A stretch of 64,000 nt of DNA, taken from assembly GCA_040954595.2 (NCBI GenBank), contig CM082584.2, forward strand, positions 2,139,344-2,203,343, written 5' to 3'. The notes under the pieces are model-generated. The model worked only from the letters and a program-made list of their open reading frames with translations. It was not told the DNA's origin and ran no database searches. Below are positions 23,553 through 37,100 of this stretch, piece after piece. Position 1 is the stretch's first letter. The number at the start of each line of letters is the position of its first letter. Made by a program: the position numbers and the translations under genes. This DNA comes from Balanoglossus misakiensis. Lineage: Eukaryota; Animalia; Hemichordata.

Positions 23553-26500
23553 TTAGGGGCACAAGCCTATCGGGCTTGTGCCCCTATTGGTATTGTTGGA
23601 ATTTTTCTTTATTATTGGGGGCACAAGCGCCCTCAGGCGGCTTGTGCCCCCATTGGTATTGTTGGAATTTTTCTTTATTAGGGCCCAAGCGCATACCAGC
23701 GCTTGGGCCCTATTGGTTTCGTTGGGGTTTTTCTGTCTTTCTTTCTTTTTTCTTGTGTCATTTCTTTGTCGCTCTAGATCTCAGACACCACTGCAAGTAC
23801 ACTTCTCAAACTTGCTACAGTGGTCAAGGTCAATGGGTAGTCGTGCATTGAACTCTTGAATTTTTAATTAGTCACGTGACATGGCGGCCATATTGGATTT
23901 TCTGAAAAAATGCAAATCTCAGATCTCAGAAACTACAAGTCAGATTTACTTCAGATTTGGTGTGCTGGTAGTGTACCTTCTGCCCATCATTTTTGTAATT
24001 GGATATTTTGCTGTCAATGTTGCAGTTTTTTTGCTACAGTTGTTTTTCTGAAATCTGGTCAAAATTTCAAAAATCTTCTTCTCCAGAACCGGCGATAACC
24101 GAGTCACGCGGTTTGGGGTATGTGGTCACCAAGCTGAGGTCTATCAAGTTTGCGAAGATCATTGTGATTGGTCGAAGATTATGGCGGCCATATTGGATTT
24201 AAAAAAAAACTGGTAAAATTTCAAAAATCTTCTTCTCAAGAACCGGCGATAACTGAGTCACAAGATTTGGTGTGTGTGGTCATTAAACAGATGTCTATCA
24301 AGTTTGCGAAGAGGAATGTGATTGGTCGAAGATTATGGCGGCCATATTGGATTTTGTGAAAAACGATTAAAAAGTAAAAATTCCCTTTCTAGCCTAAAAA
24401 TTGATAGCACAGAAATTCTTTTTACGGATATGAATCATCATATGCCAAGAATAAGCTATAAATATTTTGGTAATTTTGGCAATGACCTTTGACCTACTTT
24501 TGACGCATGATTTTTCTGCATATCTAATTCCAGGCTAACCAATAGGGCTATAAGTTTGGTTTTTAATGTATGTGGATTTGTATGTGATCCAAAAATTTTG
24601 CTACTTTTCATGACCCCTTTGACCTCTCCTGACCTCATTAAATATGCACATACCTAATTACAGATGAACCAATAGACCTAGAGGTTTTGTTTTTGTTATA
24701 CATGGACCAGTATGGGGTCAAAATATTTTGCCCAAATGTTGGGTGACCTCGGGTGACCTTTGACCTACTTTTGCATATCTCGACATCCACAGCAGATACA
24801 GCCTTGGTGTTTGGGGGTATGGGGCCATAATAAAAAGCCAAAGTTTTGGGTCACCTGTGACACCTGCTTAACTCATTAATTATGTGCATACCTAATTCTG
24901 GGCTAACCAAAAGGGCTAGAGGCTTTGTTTTTGTTATACATGGACCAGTATGGGGTCAAAATATTTTGCCCAAATGTTGGGTGACCTCGGGTGACCTTTG
25001 ACCTACTTTTGCATAACTTGACATCCACCGCAGATACAGCCTTGGCGTTTGGAGGTATGGGGCCATAATGAAAAGCCAAAGTTTTGGGTCACCTGTGACA
25101 CCTGCTTAACTCATTATTTATGTGCATACCTAATTCTGGGCTAACCAAATGGGCTAGAGGTCTGGTTTTTGTTGGACATGGACCACAATGGGTCAAAATA
25201 TTCTGCCCAAATTGTGGGTGACCCCTGGGTAACCTTTGACCTACTTAACACTATATCAGCACCAAACATAGATATAACCTTGATATTTCATGGGATAAAA
25301 CACAGCATTATGTTTCTACTCATTAATTATGTGCATATCTAATAATCAGATCAGATAATAGAGCTTGGGCCCGGACAATGCTGCTTGCAGCTTTAATTAT
25401 TATTATTATTCTTCTTCTTCTTCTTCCGAGAAATTCGGCCAGGTGGATCTGGAAAACCGCAGCACCTAGGGGGCTGAAACTTGGTAGGGTGATAGGGGCC
25501 AATGAGTAGACGTGCAGTGGCCCGTGAATATTTAATTAGTCATGTGACCTGGCGGCCATATTGGATTTCCTGAAAACCGTTAAATGAGTCCTTCTCAAAA
25601 ACTACAGGGCCGATCGAGTTCAAATTTGGTGTGCAGGTAGCCTACCTTCTGTCCATCATTTTACCCCATTGAAATCATGACGTCATACATAAAGTTTTTT
25701 TGCTACAATTGTTTTTCTGAAAAACTACTTAAAACTTTAAAAATCTTCTTCTCCAGAACCAGCGGTTACCGAGTCTCGGGATTTGGGATATGTGGTCACC
25801 TTACCTATGTCTATCAAGTTTGCGAAGCGCACTGTGATTGGTCGATCATTATGGCGGCCATGTTGGATTTTCGGAAAACCATTGAAAAATGAAAATACTG
25901 TTTTGTAGCCAAAATGTTGACAGCACGGAAATTCTTTTTTTGGATATGAGTCATCATATGACCGGAAGTTGTCACAATTTTTCGGGGCAATTTTCACATG
26001 ACCTTTGACCCAGTTTTAAAACAACTAATTATATATGCATATTCCCCATACCTCCTCTTGTAAAAGCACCACAGTCATGAATTTTGTGGACATGGGTACC
26101 AATGCTGCCAGGACATAACACAAATATTTTGGTAATTTTGGCAATAACCTTTGACCTATTTCTGAAACATCATTTTTCTGCATATCTAATTCCATGCTAC
26201 CCAATAGGGCTAGAGGTCTGGTATTGGTTGGACATGGCCCAGTCTGGGGTCAAAATTTTATGCCCTGATTTTGGGTGACCTTGGGTGACCATTGATCTAC
26301 TTTCCCATATCTCAGCATCCAGAGCAGTTAGAGCCCTGGCTTTTATGGGTATTGAGCACATAATGGAGTCTTACACAAGACCTCATTAATTATGTGCATA
26401 CCTAATTGCAGGCGAACCAATAGGGCTAGGGGTCTGGTTTTTGTTGGATCTAGACTAGTATGGGGTCCAATTTTTTTGCCCAAATTTGGGGTGACCTCAG

Positions 26501-29500
26501 GTGACCTTTGACCTACTTTCCCATATCTTGGTATCCCCAGCAGATACAGCCGTGGCATTTGCTGGTCACCATGGGAACTGCTTGTGCCCCCCCAACGCTG
26601 CTTGCAGCTTTAATTATTATTAGGGCCCAAGCGCATACCAGCGCTTGGGCCCTATTGGTTTCGTTGGGGTTTTTCTGTCTTTCCTTCTTTCTTCTTTCTT
26701 TCTTTCTTTATTCTTGTGTCAATTCTTTGTCGCTCTAGATCTCAGACACCGCTGCAGGTACACTTCTGAAACTTGCTACAGTGGTCAAGGTCAATGAGTA
26801 GTCGTGCATTGAACCTGTGAATTTTTAATTAGTCACGTGACCTGGCGGCCATATTGGATTTTCTGAAAAAATGCAAATCTCAGATCTCAGAAACTACAAG
26901 TCGGATCGACTTCAAATTTGGTGTGCAGGTAGTCTACCTTTTACCCATCATTTTTGTAATTGGATATTTTGCTGTAAATGTTGCAGTTTTTTTGCTACAA
27001 TTTTTTTTCTGAAATCTGGCTTAATTTTCAAAAATCTTCTTCTCCAGAACCGGTGATAACTGAGTCACGCGGTTTGGGGTATGTGGTCACCTAACTGATG
27101 TCTACCAAGTTTGCGAAGATCATTGTGATTGGTCGAAGATTATGGCGGCCATATTGGATTTTCGAAAAACCATAGTAAAACTTCAAAAATCTTCTTCTCA
27201 AGAACGGGTGATAACCGAGTCACAAGATTTGGTGTGTGTGGTCATTAAACAGGTGTCTATCAAGTTTGCAAAGGGGAATGTGATTGGTCGAAGATTATGG
27301 CGGCCATATTGGATTTTGTGAAAAACGATTAAAAAGTAAAAATTCCTTTTCTAGCCTAAAAATTGATAGCACAGAAATTCTTTTTATGGATATGAATCAT
27401 CATATGACAAGAATAAGCTATAAATATTTTGGTAATTTTGGCAATGACCTTTGACCTACTTTTGACGCATCATTTTTCTGCATATCTAATTCCAGGCTTA
27501 CCAATAGGGCTATAAGTTTGGTTTTTGATGTATGTGGATTTGTATGTGATCAAAAAATGTTGCTACTTTTCATGACCCCTTTGACCTCTGGTGACCTCAT
27601 TAAATATGCGCATACCTAATTAATGATGAACCAATAGACCTAGAGGTTTTGTTTTTGTTATACATGGACCAGTATGGGGTCAAAATATTTTGCCCAAATG
27701 TTGGGTGACCTCGGGTGACCTTTGACCTACTTTTACATATCTCGACATCCACAGCAGATACAACCTTGGCGTTTGGAGGTATGGGGCCATAATGAAAAGC
27801 CAAAGTTTTGGGTCACCTTTGACACCTGCTTAACTCATTATTTATGTGCATACCTAATTCCGGGCTAACCAAAAGGGCTAGAGGTCTGGTTTTTGTTGGA
27901 CATGGACCACTATGGATCAAAATTTTCTGCCCAAATTGTGGGTGACCTCTGGGTGACCTTTGACCTACTTAACACTATATCAACACCAAACATAGATATA
28001 ACCTTGATATTTCATGGGATAAAACACAGCATTATGTTTCTACTCATTAATTATGTGCATATCTAATAATCTGATCAGATAATAGAGCTTGGGCCCGGAC
28101 AATGCTGCTTGCAGCTTTAATTAGGGCCCAAGCCAAGCCAGGCTTGGGCCCTATTGGTTTCGTTGGAATTTTTCAGTCTTTCTTTCTTTATTCTTATGTC
28201 AATTCTTTGTCGCTCTAGATCTCAGACACTGCTGCAGGTACACTTCTCAAACTTGCTACAGTGGTCAAGGTCAATGAGTAGTCGTGCATTGAATCCATGA
28301 ATTTTTAATTAGTCACGTGACCTGGCGGCCATCTTGGATTTTCTGAAAAAAATGCAAATCTCAGATCTCAGAAACTACAAGTCAGATCGACTTCAAATTT
28401 GGCGTGCAGGTAGACTATCTTCTGCCCATCATTTTTGTAATTGGAAATTATGCTGTCAATGTTGCAGTTTTTTTGCTACAGTTGTTTTTCTGAAATCTGG
28501 TCAAAATTTCAAAAATCTTCTTCTCCAGAACCGGCAATAACCGAGTCACGCGGTTTGGGGTATGTGGTCACCAAACTGAGGTCTATCAAGTTTGCGAAGA
28601 TCATTGTGATTGGTCGAAGATTATGGCGGCCATATTGGATTTTCGAAAAACCTAGTAAAATTTCAAAAATCTTCTTCTCAAGAACCGGCGATAACTGAGT
28701 CACAAGATTTGGTGTGTGTGGTCATTAAACAGATGTCTATCAAGTTTGCGAAGAGGAATGTGATTGGTCGAAGATTATGGCGGCCATATTGGATTTTGTG
28801 AAAAACAATTAAAAAGTAAAAATTCCCTTTCTAGCCTAAAAATTGATAGCACAGAAATTCTTTCTATGGATATGAATCATCATATGCCAAGAATAAGCTA
28901 TAAATATTTTGGTAATTTTGGCAATGACCTTTGACCTACTTTTGACGCATCATTTTTCTGCATATCTAATTTCAGGCTAACCTTTAAGGCTATCATTTTG
29001 GTTTTTGATGTATGTGGATTTGTATGTGATCAAAAATTTTTGCTACTTTTCATGACCCCTTTGACCTCTGCTGACCTCATTAAATATGCACATACCTAAT
29101 TACAGATGAACCAATAGACCTAGAGGTATTGTTTTTGTTATACATGGACCAGTAACGGGTCAAAATATTTTGCCCAAATGTTGGGTGACCTCGGGTGACC
29201 TTTGACCTACTTAACACTATATCAGCATCAGATCAGATAATAGAGCTTGGGCCCGGACAATGCTGCTTGCAGCTTTAATTATTATTATTCTTCTTCTTCT
29301 TCTTCTTCCGAGAAATTCGGCCAGGTAGATCTGGAAAACCGCTGCACCTAGGGGGCTGAAACTTGGTAGGGTGATAGGGGCCAATGAGTAGATGTGCAGT
29401 GGCTCGTGAATATTTAATTAGTCACGTGACCTGGCGGCCATATTGGATTTCCTGAAAATCGTTAAATGAGTCCTTCTCTAAAACCACTGGGCCGATCGAG

Positions 29501-30497
29501 TTCAAATTTGGTGTGCAGTTAGCCTACCTTATGTCCATCATTTTACCCCATTAAAATCATGACGTCATACATAAAGTTTTTTTGCTACAATTGTTTTTCT
29601 AAAAAACTACCTAAAACTTTAAAAATCTTCTTCTCCAGAACCAGCGGTTACCGAGTCTCGGGATTTGGGATATGTGGTCACCTAACCTATGTCTATCAAG
29701 TTTGCGAAGCACACTGTGATTGGTCGATCATTATGGCGGCCATGTTGGATTTTCGGAAAACCATTGAAAAATGAAAATTCCGTTTTGTAGCCAAAATATT
29801 GACAGCACGGAAATTCTTTTTTTGGATATGAGTCATCATATGACCGGAAGTTGTCACAATTTTTCGGGGCAATTTTCACATGACCTTTGACCCAGTTTTA
29901 AAACAACTAATTATATATGCATATTCAACATACCTCCTCTTGTCAAAGCACCACAGTCATGAATTTTGTGGACATGGGTACCAATGCAGCCAGGACATGG
30001 CACAAATATTTTGGTAATTTTGGCAATGACCCTTGACCTATTTCTGAAACATCATTTTTCTGCATATCTAATTCCAGGCTAACCAATAGGGCTAGAGGTC
30101 TGGTTTTAGTTGGACATGGCCCACTCTGGGGTCAAAATTTTATGCCCAAATTTTGGGTGACCTTGGATGACCTTTGATCTACTTTCCCATATCTCAGCAT
30201 CCACAGCAGTTAGAGTCCTGGCTTTTAGGGGGCAGATGGAGCACATATGGAGTCTTACACAAGACCTCATTAATTATGCACATACCTAATTCTAGGCGAA
30301 CCAATAGAGCTAGGGGTCTTGTTTTTGTTGGACCTAGACTTATATGGGGTCCAATTTTTTTGCCCAAATTTAGGGTGACCTTAGGTGACCTTTGACCTAC
30401 TTTCCCATATCTTTGTATCCCCAGCAGATACAGCCGTGGCATTTGCTGGTCACCATGGGAACCGCTTGTGCCCCGCCAACGCTGCTTGCAGCTTTAA
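23553..30497 (+). mobile_element. Nested array 2: five HINE-like elements, complete and bracket-balanced
   Basis: Heads at 23555, 23617 (gcac type) and 23680, 26622, 28123 (gccc type). Tails at 25396, 28120, 29278 (gccc) and 26613, 30497 (gcac). Excision restores LINE ORF2 in frame. Confidence 0.85.
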
Positions 30498-31028
30498 TTT
30501 TCTTTTGGTTTTGGTATTGCCTGGGAGTCACAGGCTGTGGGAAACGAGTGTCTTTTTCTTTCAAATTTTAAACAAAGATGCCTGGATATTGGTCAGCAGG
30601 TATGGCACAGTGAATTGGTCAATTCCACTAAGATGGATTCTTATCGTCTATTTAAAAATAATTTGTCTTTTGAAAAATATTTGAATTGTGTGAATATTGA
30701 GCTATTTAGAGTCACCCTTTGTAAATTTAGAATTTCAAACCACAAACTTTTAATAGAGAGTGGCCGCTTTGAAGGGTTAACAAGAGATAACAGAATTTGT
30801 CAGTTTTGTACTTTACAGCAAGTTGAAACGGAATTTCACATTTGTCTTATTTGCCCCATCTACAAGGAATTAAGAACACGTTTTCTCTCACCATTCCACT
30901 ATCAGCAACCCTCATTGAAGAAATACTCTAGCCTGTTAAACTCTCAAAACCTCCACACCTTAGTTAATCTGGCAAAGTTTATTTATTATAGTTTTAAGTT
31001 AAGAGATAATTTATTGCAGGACACTTGA
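30498..31028 (+). pseudogene. LINE ORF2, 3' part with CCHC-type motif
   Basis: FSFGFGIAWESQAVGNE...LLIESGR...CQFC..ETEFHICLICP; continues the frame of ...AKKVKDLL at 23552. Confidence 0.9.
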
Positions 31029-31317
31029 TCGCATACACGTCTATTTCTGTTTTGATGGCATTGTATCTATTATGTCAATGTAAGCCCCACTGCATGTCTG
31101 TATATTTATCAGTTTAATTATTGTATGAAGGCCGGTGGCCTAAGATACTGAAATAAATATATATATATAATGTCACAAAATTGAAATGTAATGTGAAATT
31201 TCCTTAAACAAACAAACAAACTAACAAACATACAAACAAATAGACAAAGACACAAACAAATGAATGAATATATCCGCATTGATAGAATTAACCTGCAGAC
31301 GTCATGTTGGTATTTAC

Positions 31318-31419
31318 CTTGTTTGGTATGGTCACATCAGCTTTGTGTTCCAATAACAATCTGACAAGGCCTTCACCACGACACCCTCTTACTGCATAAT
31401 GCAAAGGGGTGTCTCCATT
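31318..31419 (-). CDS. ANK exon (array member separated by the LINE)
   Basis: ttacag|NGDTPLHYAVRGCRGEGLVRLLLEHKADVTIPNK|gtaaat. Confidence 0.9.
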
Positions 31420-33185
31420 CTGTAAGTAATGAAGGAGGAGCATGATGAGAATGTCAAGAAAAATGAAATGTAACATGAGGTTATTTTGTTAAAATGAACG
31501 ATCGAACAAACACACAAACGACAAATAATCGCAAACTCCCTTGTGGATAATATTAACCAACAGTAAATGGCATTTGAACAGAAACAGTATCGACTCTACA
31601 CACAAGATGTGTAATTCAGTTTTATACATGCATTTTAACGAGCTAAAAGAATTCTGACAAAATATCTGCCAGTTGATACAGAAAGAAAAGTTACTATAAA
31701 TAATTCACAAACAAACTCAAATTTGACAACTTGCAAAACAGATAACATTACGGATAACCAATACACCAATTTTAAACTGAACTTTATTTATGATTTTCTA
31801 TCAAAAAACTGACAGTGATGTGATGTTAGTGAACATTTCCTGAATGGGACCAATTTATTTTTGCAACCTGCACAATATAGAAGAAGATTTAGCAAACAAC
31901 TACAGTGACATTTAGTAGAATTGTCAGAAGAATTTTGAATAATCACATCTCATCTCCAATATGATGACAAATTTGAGATATGTGGAGATTTATGTGGAAA
32001 CAGATCAAACATCTGAGCTAACCAAACTATGTTTATTTCCTGTAGGAGGGCATCAGACTGTTCTCAGCACAAAGTAGCCAAGCTGTGCAGACTGAACGAT
32101 GTCGATCAAAGGGGAAATAACAGAGAAATTGTATGTGACAAGGGATAAATCAATCATCATTAAAATAAATTTCTACTGAGTGGTCCAACAATATCAAGTA
32201 GAGTTGTGCAATGGTGTCACTCGTTATTTGTAGAAATAGTGTTTAAATAAAAAAAACTTGAATTTCACCAAAAAAAAAACATCTGAAGAAAGTTAACACT
32301 GATTCCCTTTCTCCATCGCACTGCATCAAAAAGTCTAATAACCAAAGAAAGACTTCAGTGGACACTGTGGCCAATGGGAATGTGTGGCAAACAAAATTAA
32401 ATGCAATGAATGCAGTCATTCTTTTCATGTAATATAAAGAACAAACAAAATTATCAAAACTCTTCATAAGAGATAACATTGGAAGCCACAGTAGCACTAA
32501 CTTTCAAGGACATTTGTGTAACCATTCCAGCCGTGCCCCACACTAAAACAGAACAGATTGGACCAGTCACACTTCCCTTAATCCTATTGTTCCCAATGTT
32601 TATCTCATCAATATATCTATTGCATGCTTTTAGCACCTTCTCTCAGGTTCTGGAACCTGGTTGGTTAAAACTTGCTGTTCTGGCCATCTTGATCACCCCC
32701 TTTGAAATGATTGGGTAAGTGACAGACAGTGATGAGAAGCTGAGGAGTGGAGCCGCACAGACCTCATGTTTTATAAGCTTGAGCTATTTCCAAGAGAAAG
32801 AGCAATCCAAATGCTGCCGCTGTGTTGCTCAGAATGATGAAAAAAATCATCCGACTGAACAATTTAATGTTAAAATGTAATATATTTTATAAAGTTTATA
32901 AAAGGTAAATTGGGTTGGCACTGTGCTATTCGGCCTGAAGTACAAGCTAAAACTGGCCGACTCCTCTCGGCACCGTCAACAAGCACCCCTGCCCCCAGCA
33001 AGTCCCCAACTTGACATGTGTGATGTGACCATGGCTGCGCATCCGTCCTTCGGTCCTAAAAGTTGCCAAACAAACCCCTTTTTAAAACGGCCCCAATCAG
33101 AGCCGCAATGAAAACAAGTTCTTCTGGTAAAGTCTTACTCAAAATGTTGCTATGACTATAATTCTGACACAAAACTGAGCATGAG

Positions 33186-34055
33186 TGTGACCGCCAAAGC
33201 TTTTCCGTAATATTCAAAAGTCAGAGTCGAGTTTCCATATACGGGTCTTCGGTTTATTATCGATAAATCGATCGAGCGATCGCCGAAAGCGACCGTACGA
33301 GACTGTACACAATAGTCGAAAGACTTCGAAAGACGAGATGTGCGCAGACCTCGATGCGAATAGGCCAAATAGACCTCGAGAATGACCGAGACTGATTCGA
33401 ATAGACCGAATAAACCTTGTCTCGAATAGACCAAGACCGTAAAAACTGAAACATAAATACAAATACAAAAATGTCAAATCGAAAGAATTACATATACAAA
33501 AATCGAGAATGATTTCAATCGAAAACAGATATGTGCAAGCAACACAGTTCGATGTACGTGACTGATGTACAAGATGCAGACAACTCGTCAAAGTCTAATT
33601 ACAATAAAGTTTCACGAAATACAATTCATATCTGTAAGAATACCGAAAGATATATTACCTCGCTGGCGACTTGTAAAGCCTTGTGGTCGGGAAGTTTCGA
33701 AATACGAACGAAATATCGAAGGGTGCGAAACGAGAGACGAGGGTGTACTTCACCGTCCCATAGCGAAGTCGAAAACACGAGGTAAAAATGTGTAGTGATA
33801 TGACAATCGTAGATGGACTACTTGTAAAACTTTTGGGCGAAATATGGTTTGTCGATGTGTTCACAATGACCTTCAAAGGTACACATAAAGTCACAACATC
33901 TTTCTCTGTGAAAATTAAAAGTCTACAATATCGAAACTCGTAACAAAAAGGGAACTATTTTTATGGAGTAAGGTTTTAAAGCAACAAACTGTTCGTGCAT
34001 ATCCCTCATAATTAAAAATACGAAATCCCTTTGTTTTTGCATGGCTTCAGCCACA
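33186..34055 (-). repeat. 3' LTR
   Basis: Matches 41067-41936 at offset 7881; ORF-track translations lying wholly inside the two copies are identical. Confidence 0.95.
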
Positions 34056-34160
34056 CTCCCCCCTAAAATCACATTGATTTTACCTAATCGAAACACTGAA
34101 AACAACTACCAAATACGTCCAAGCTATTTCTCAGCTCTCCCCTGTGTCGCTGAGAACAAC

Positions 34161-37100
34161 TTACCTTAGCATTTTTTCTGCTTCGGGATTTTCTACCAAT
34201 AAAACAAGCTTATGAATAGGCCTTTCTAAAATTGTTGCCTTGTCTACTTTCTTACCTTGTCCTTGTTTCGAGAGGTTGGGATCACCCACAAGGATAGTGA
34301 CTCTGCGTATCAAACAATCATCATCGCGCAAAGTGTCTATTACTTTTGCAAGTCTCCACTGATTTCTCACAGTGTCATCTTCCTTCAGAAGTACAATATC
34401 TCCAACTTCAAGGTTTCTCTTTGTTTCCTGCCACTTCTGTCTGGCCTGTAGATTCTGTAAGTATTCCTTACGCCATCTTGTCCAGAACTCGTTCGCAAGA
34501 TACTGAACAGCACGCCATCGTTTCCTGGCATACAGATCTTCTCTGACGAAGTTGCCTGGCGGTGGCAAAATCACATCCGATTTCATAGTCAGCAGCTGAT
34601 TTGGAGTAAGAGGCATCGGTCCAGTAGGGTCGTTCAAGTTTTCTGCTGATAAGGGTCGACTATTCACGATCGCCATTGCTTCGTACATCAGAGTACGAAG
34701 AGACGAAGTGTTCAATCTGGATCCCATCTTTTCCAGAATTCCTGCGAGAACGTTTCTGACCGACCGTATTTGACGTTCCCAAACGCCTCCCATATGACTC
34801 GAGGAGGGTGAATTGAAAACAAATTCACACTGTCGTTTGGACAACACATCTTTGATTCTTCCTTCGTCGAGAGCTTGCAATCCAAGCTGAAGCTCATTCC
34901 TGGCTCCTACGAAATTGGATCCCCGATCACAACGCAAGTGTCGTACGGGTCCTCTGATAGCGATGAATGTGCGAAGCGAATTCAGAAATGCATCGGTTGA
35001 CATTTCTTCGACAACCTCTATGTGTATGGCTCGAAGCGCTAGGCAAGTGAAAATGACACCATATCGTTTCACATCACTGCGGCGTTCCTTCACGACGAAA
35101 GGTCCAAAGCAGTCCATTCCACAATAGGTAAATGGCGGCGATGGCTCGAGACGATCTTTGGGCAAATCTGCCATTCTCTGTGTGTTGGCCTTGCCTCTGA
35201 GTTTCCTACACTGAACACACTTGTGTATATACGAAGCGACTGCTGTGTTGCAGTTGATGATCCAGAATCCACACGATCTGAGTTTGTTCACTGTGATACC
35301 ACGTCCCTGGTGGGCCACTTGCTCATGACACCATCTGATAAGCAGTGTAGTCACGTGACTCTTTCGAGGTAGAATAATAGGGTGCTTGACATAGTCAGGC
35401 ATGGAGGATCTACTCAGTCTGCCTCCAACTCTGAGTATCTGCTGATCATCTAGGTATGGGTTCAATGGGTACAGGTGACTGTTACGTTTCACCATTGAGG
35501 GTTCACTGTCTTCTGAGGTGCGACATTTCAATGACTCTATTTCTTCTTTGAAAGCTTCCTGTTGGGCCCATGCCACGATGGCCATGGTAGCTTTTTGTCT
35601 TGTTTCTCCGGAAGCGATTTCCTTTCGCTTTCCCTTCCCGGATACATAGCGATACAAGGTGGCGAATGCTCCTACAACCTTGTTCCAATCCGAAAATCGC
35701 TCTACACGATGTAACATGGATGACGTTGCAGTCGAGGAAGTCATCAATGTTCTGATATTCTTTACCTCGGGGTCATCTGCTGACACCTGTGCGTCTACCC
35801 GAGTGGACAGAGGAAGCTCTTTGTCCCACAAAAAGGCAGGACCTCTAAACCAATTGGACTTCATCAGTCCATCAACGCCGAGTCCACGAGATGCATGATC
35901 TGCAGGGTTCTCCTCAGTGTGGACATAGCGCCACTGCTCTGGCTGAGATGATTCTTTAATTCTTTGTATGCGATTCGCGACATATATGTGGAAGCGGCGA
36001 GCATCATTTCCTATGTAGCCGAGTACCACTTTCGAGTCTGTCCAGTAGAAGTTCTCCATCACTGGGTAATCTAACTCTTTGTTCAGTAGATTGCTGACCT
36101 GTATAGAGACAACAGCAGCTTGAAGTTCCAATCGAGGAACAGTAATGGGTTTCAAAGGGGCGACTCTAGCCTTTCCCATCACGAGCGAACAATGAATATT
36201 ATCTAGACTGTCGACTAGTCTGATATACGAACACTGCCCATAACCTGTCAGGCTGGCATCCGAGAAGTGGTGAAGCTCAACTTTCTTCACTGGTCCGAAA
36301 TGTTGCGGCTTGAAGCACCTTCTTATCTTCAAGTCGTCTAGCTTGGGCAACTCAGCAAGCCATGATTCCCACCTCGGACGTAAATCGTCTGGCAAGGGAT
36401 CATCCCAATCGGTTCCTTTCTTGCACATCTCTTGCAAGATCCGTTTTCCTCGAAGTACGAAAGGTGCGAGAAATCCGAGAGGATCGAAAACAGATGCTAC
36501 TGCCGAAAGTATTCCACGGCGAGAAGGCGAGTGCATCTTGACGATAGGCGAAAAATGGAACGAGTCTGACTCAACGCGCCACTCGATTCCAAGTGCTCTT
36601 TCGATAGGTAGCTCACTGAACGACAAATCCAAATCCTTGACGTTCTTGGCACGCTCTGAAATAGGGACAGATTCCATCGTAGTTCTGTCATTCGATATGA
36701 ACTTGTGCAGACGTAAATTTCCTTCTGCGCAAAGGTTGCGAACATCCTGTATAAGTTGGACAGCCTCTGATGCCGTCTCGAGACTATGGAGACCATCGTC
36801 AACATAGAAATTCTTTGCGACGAAATCTACTGCACTCTTTCCATGTTGTGGGTTGTCTTTGGCCACTTGTCGAAGTCCGTAGTTCGCGCATCCTGGCGAG
36901 GACACAGCGCCGAATAGGTGAACATTCATCCTGTAAGTAACTGGTTCCGAGTCGACATTACCATCTCTCCACCAAAGGAATCGGAGATAGTTTCTGTCAT
37001 CTTTCTTGACTCTGAATCTGTGGAACATTCGCTCGATGTCACACATGACTGCGATGTTCTCTTTGCGAAAACGACAAAGTACACCGATGAGGGAATTTAT

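Larger units (their letters stand above)
19215..31166 (+). mobile_element. Full-length APE-type LINE inserted in an ANK-array intron, itself interrupted by array 2
   Basis: Splits the conserved intron string gagaataatg|tcacaaaa. Candidate TSD ataatg at 19209-19214 and 31167-31172. Has ORF1, ORF2, and AATAAA plus (TA)n tail. Confidence 0.92.

Noticed and set aside
33156-33894. Duplicated ORFs also at 41095-41775 as a gene pair or env
   Set aside because: They lie within the two LTRs and show no protein features.
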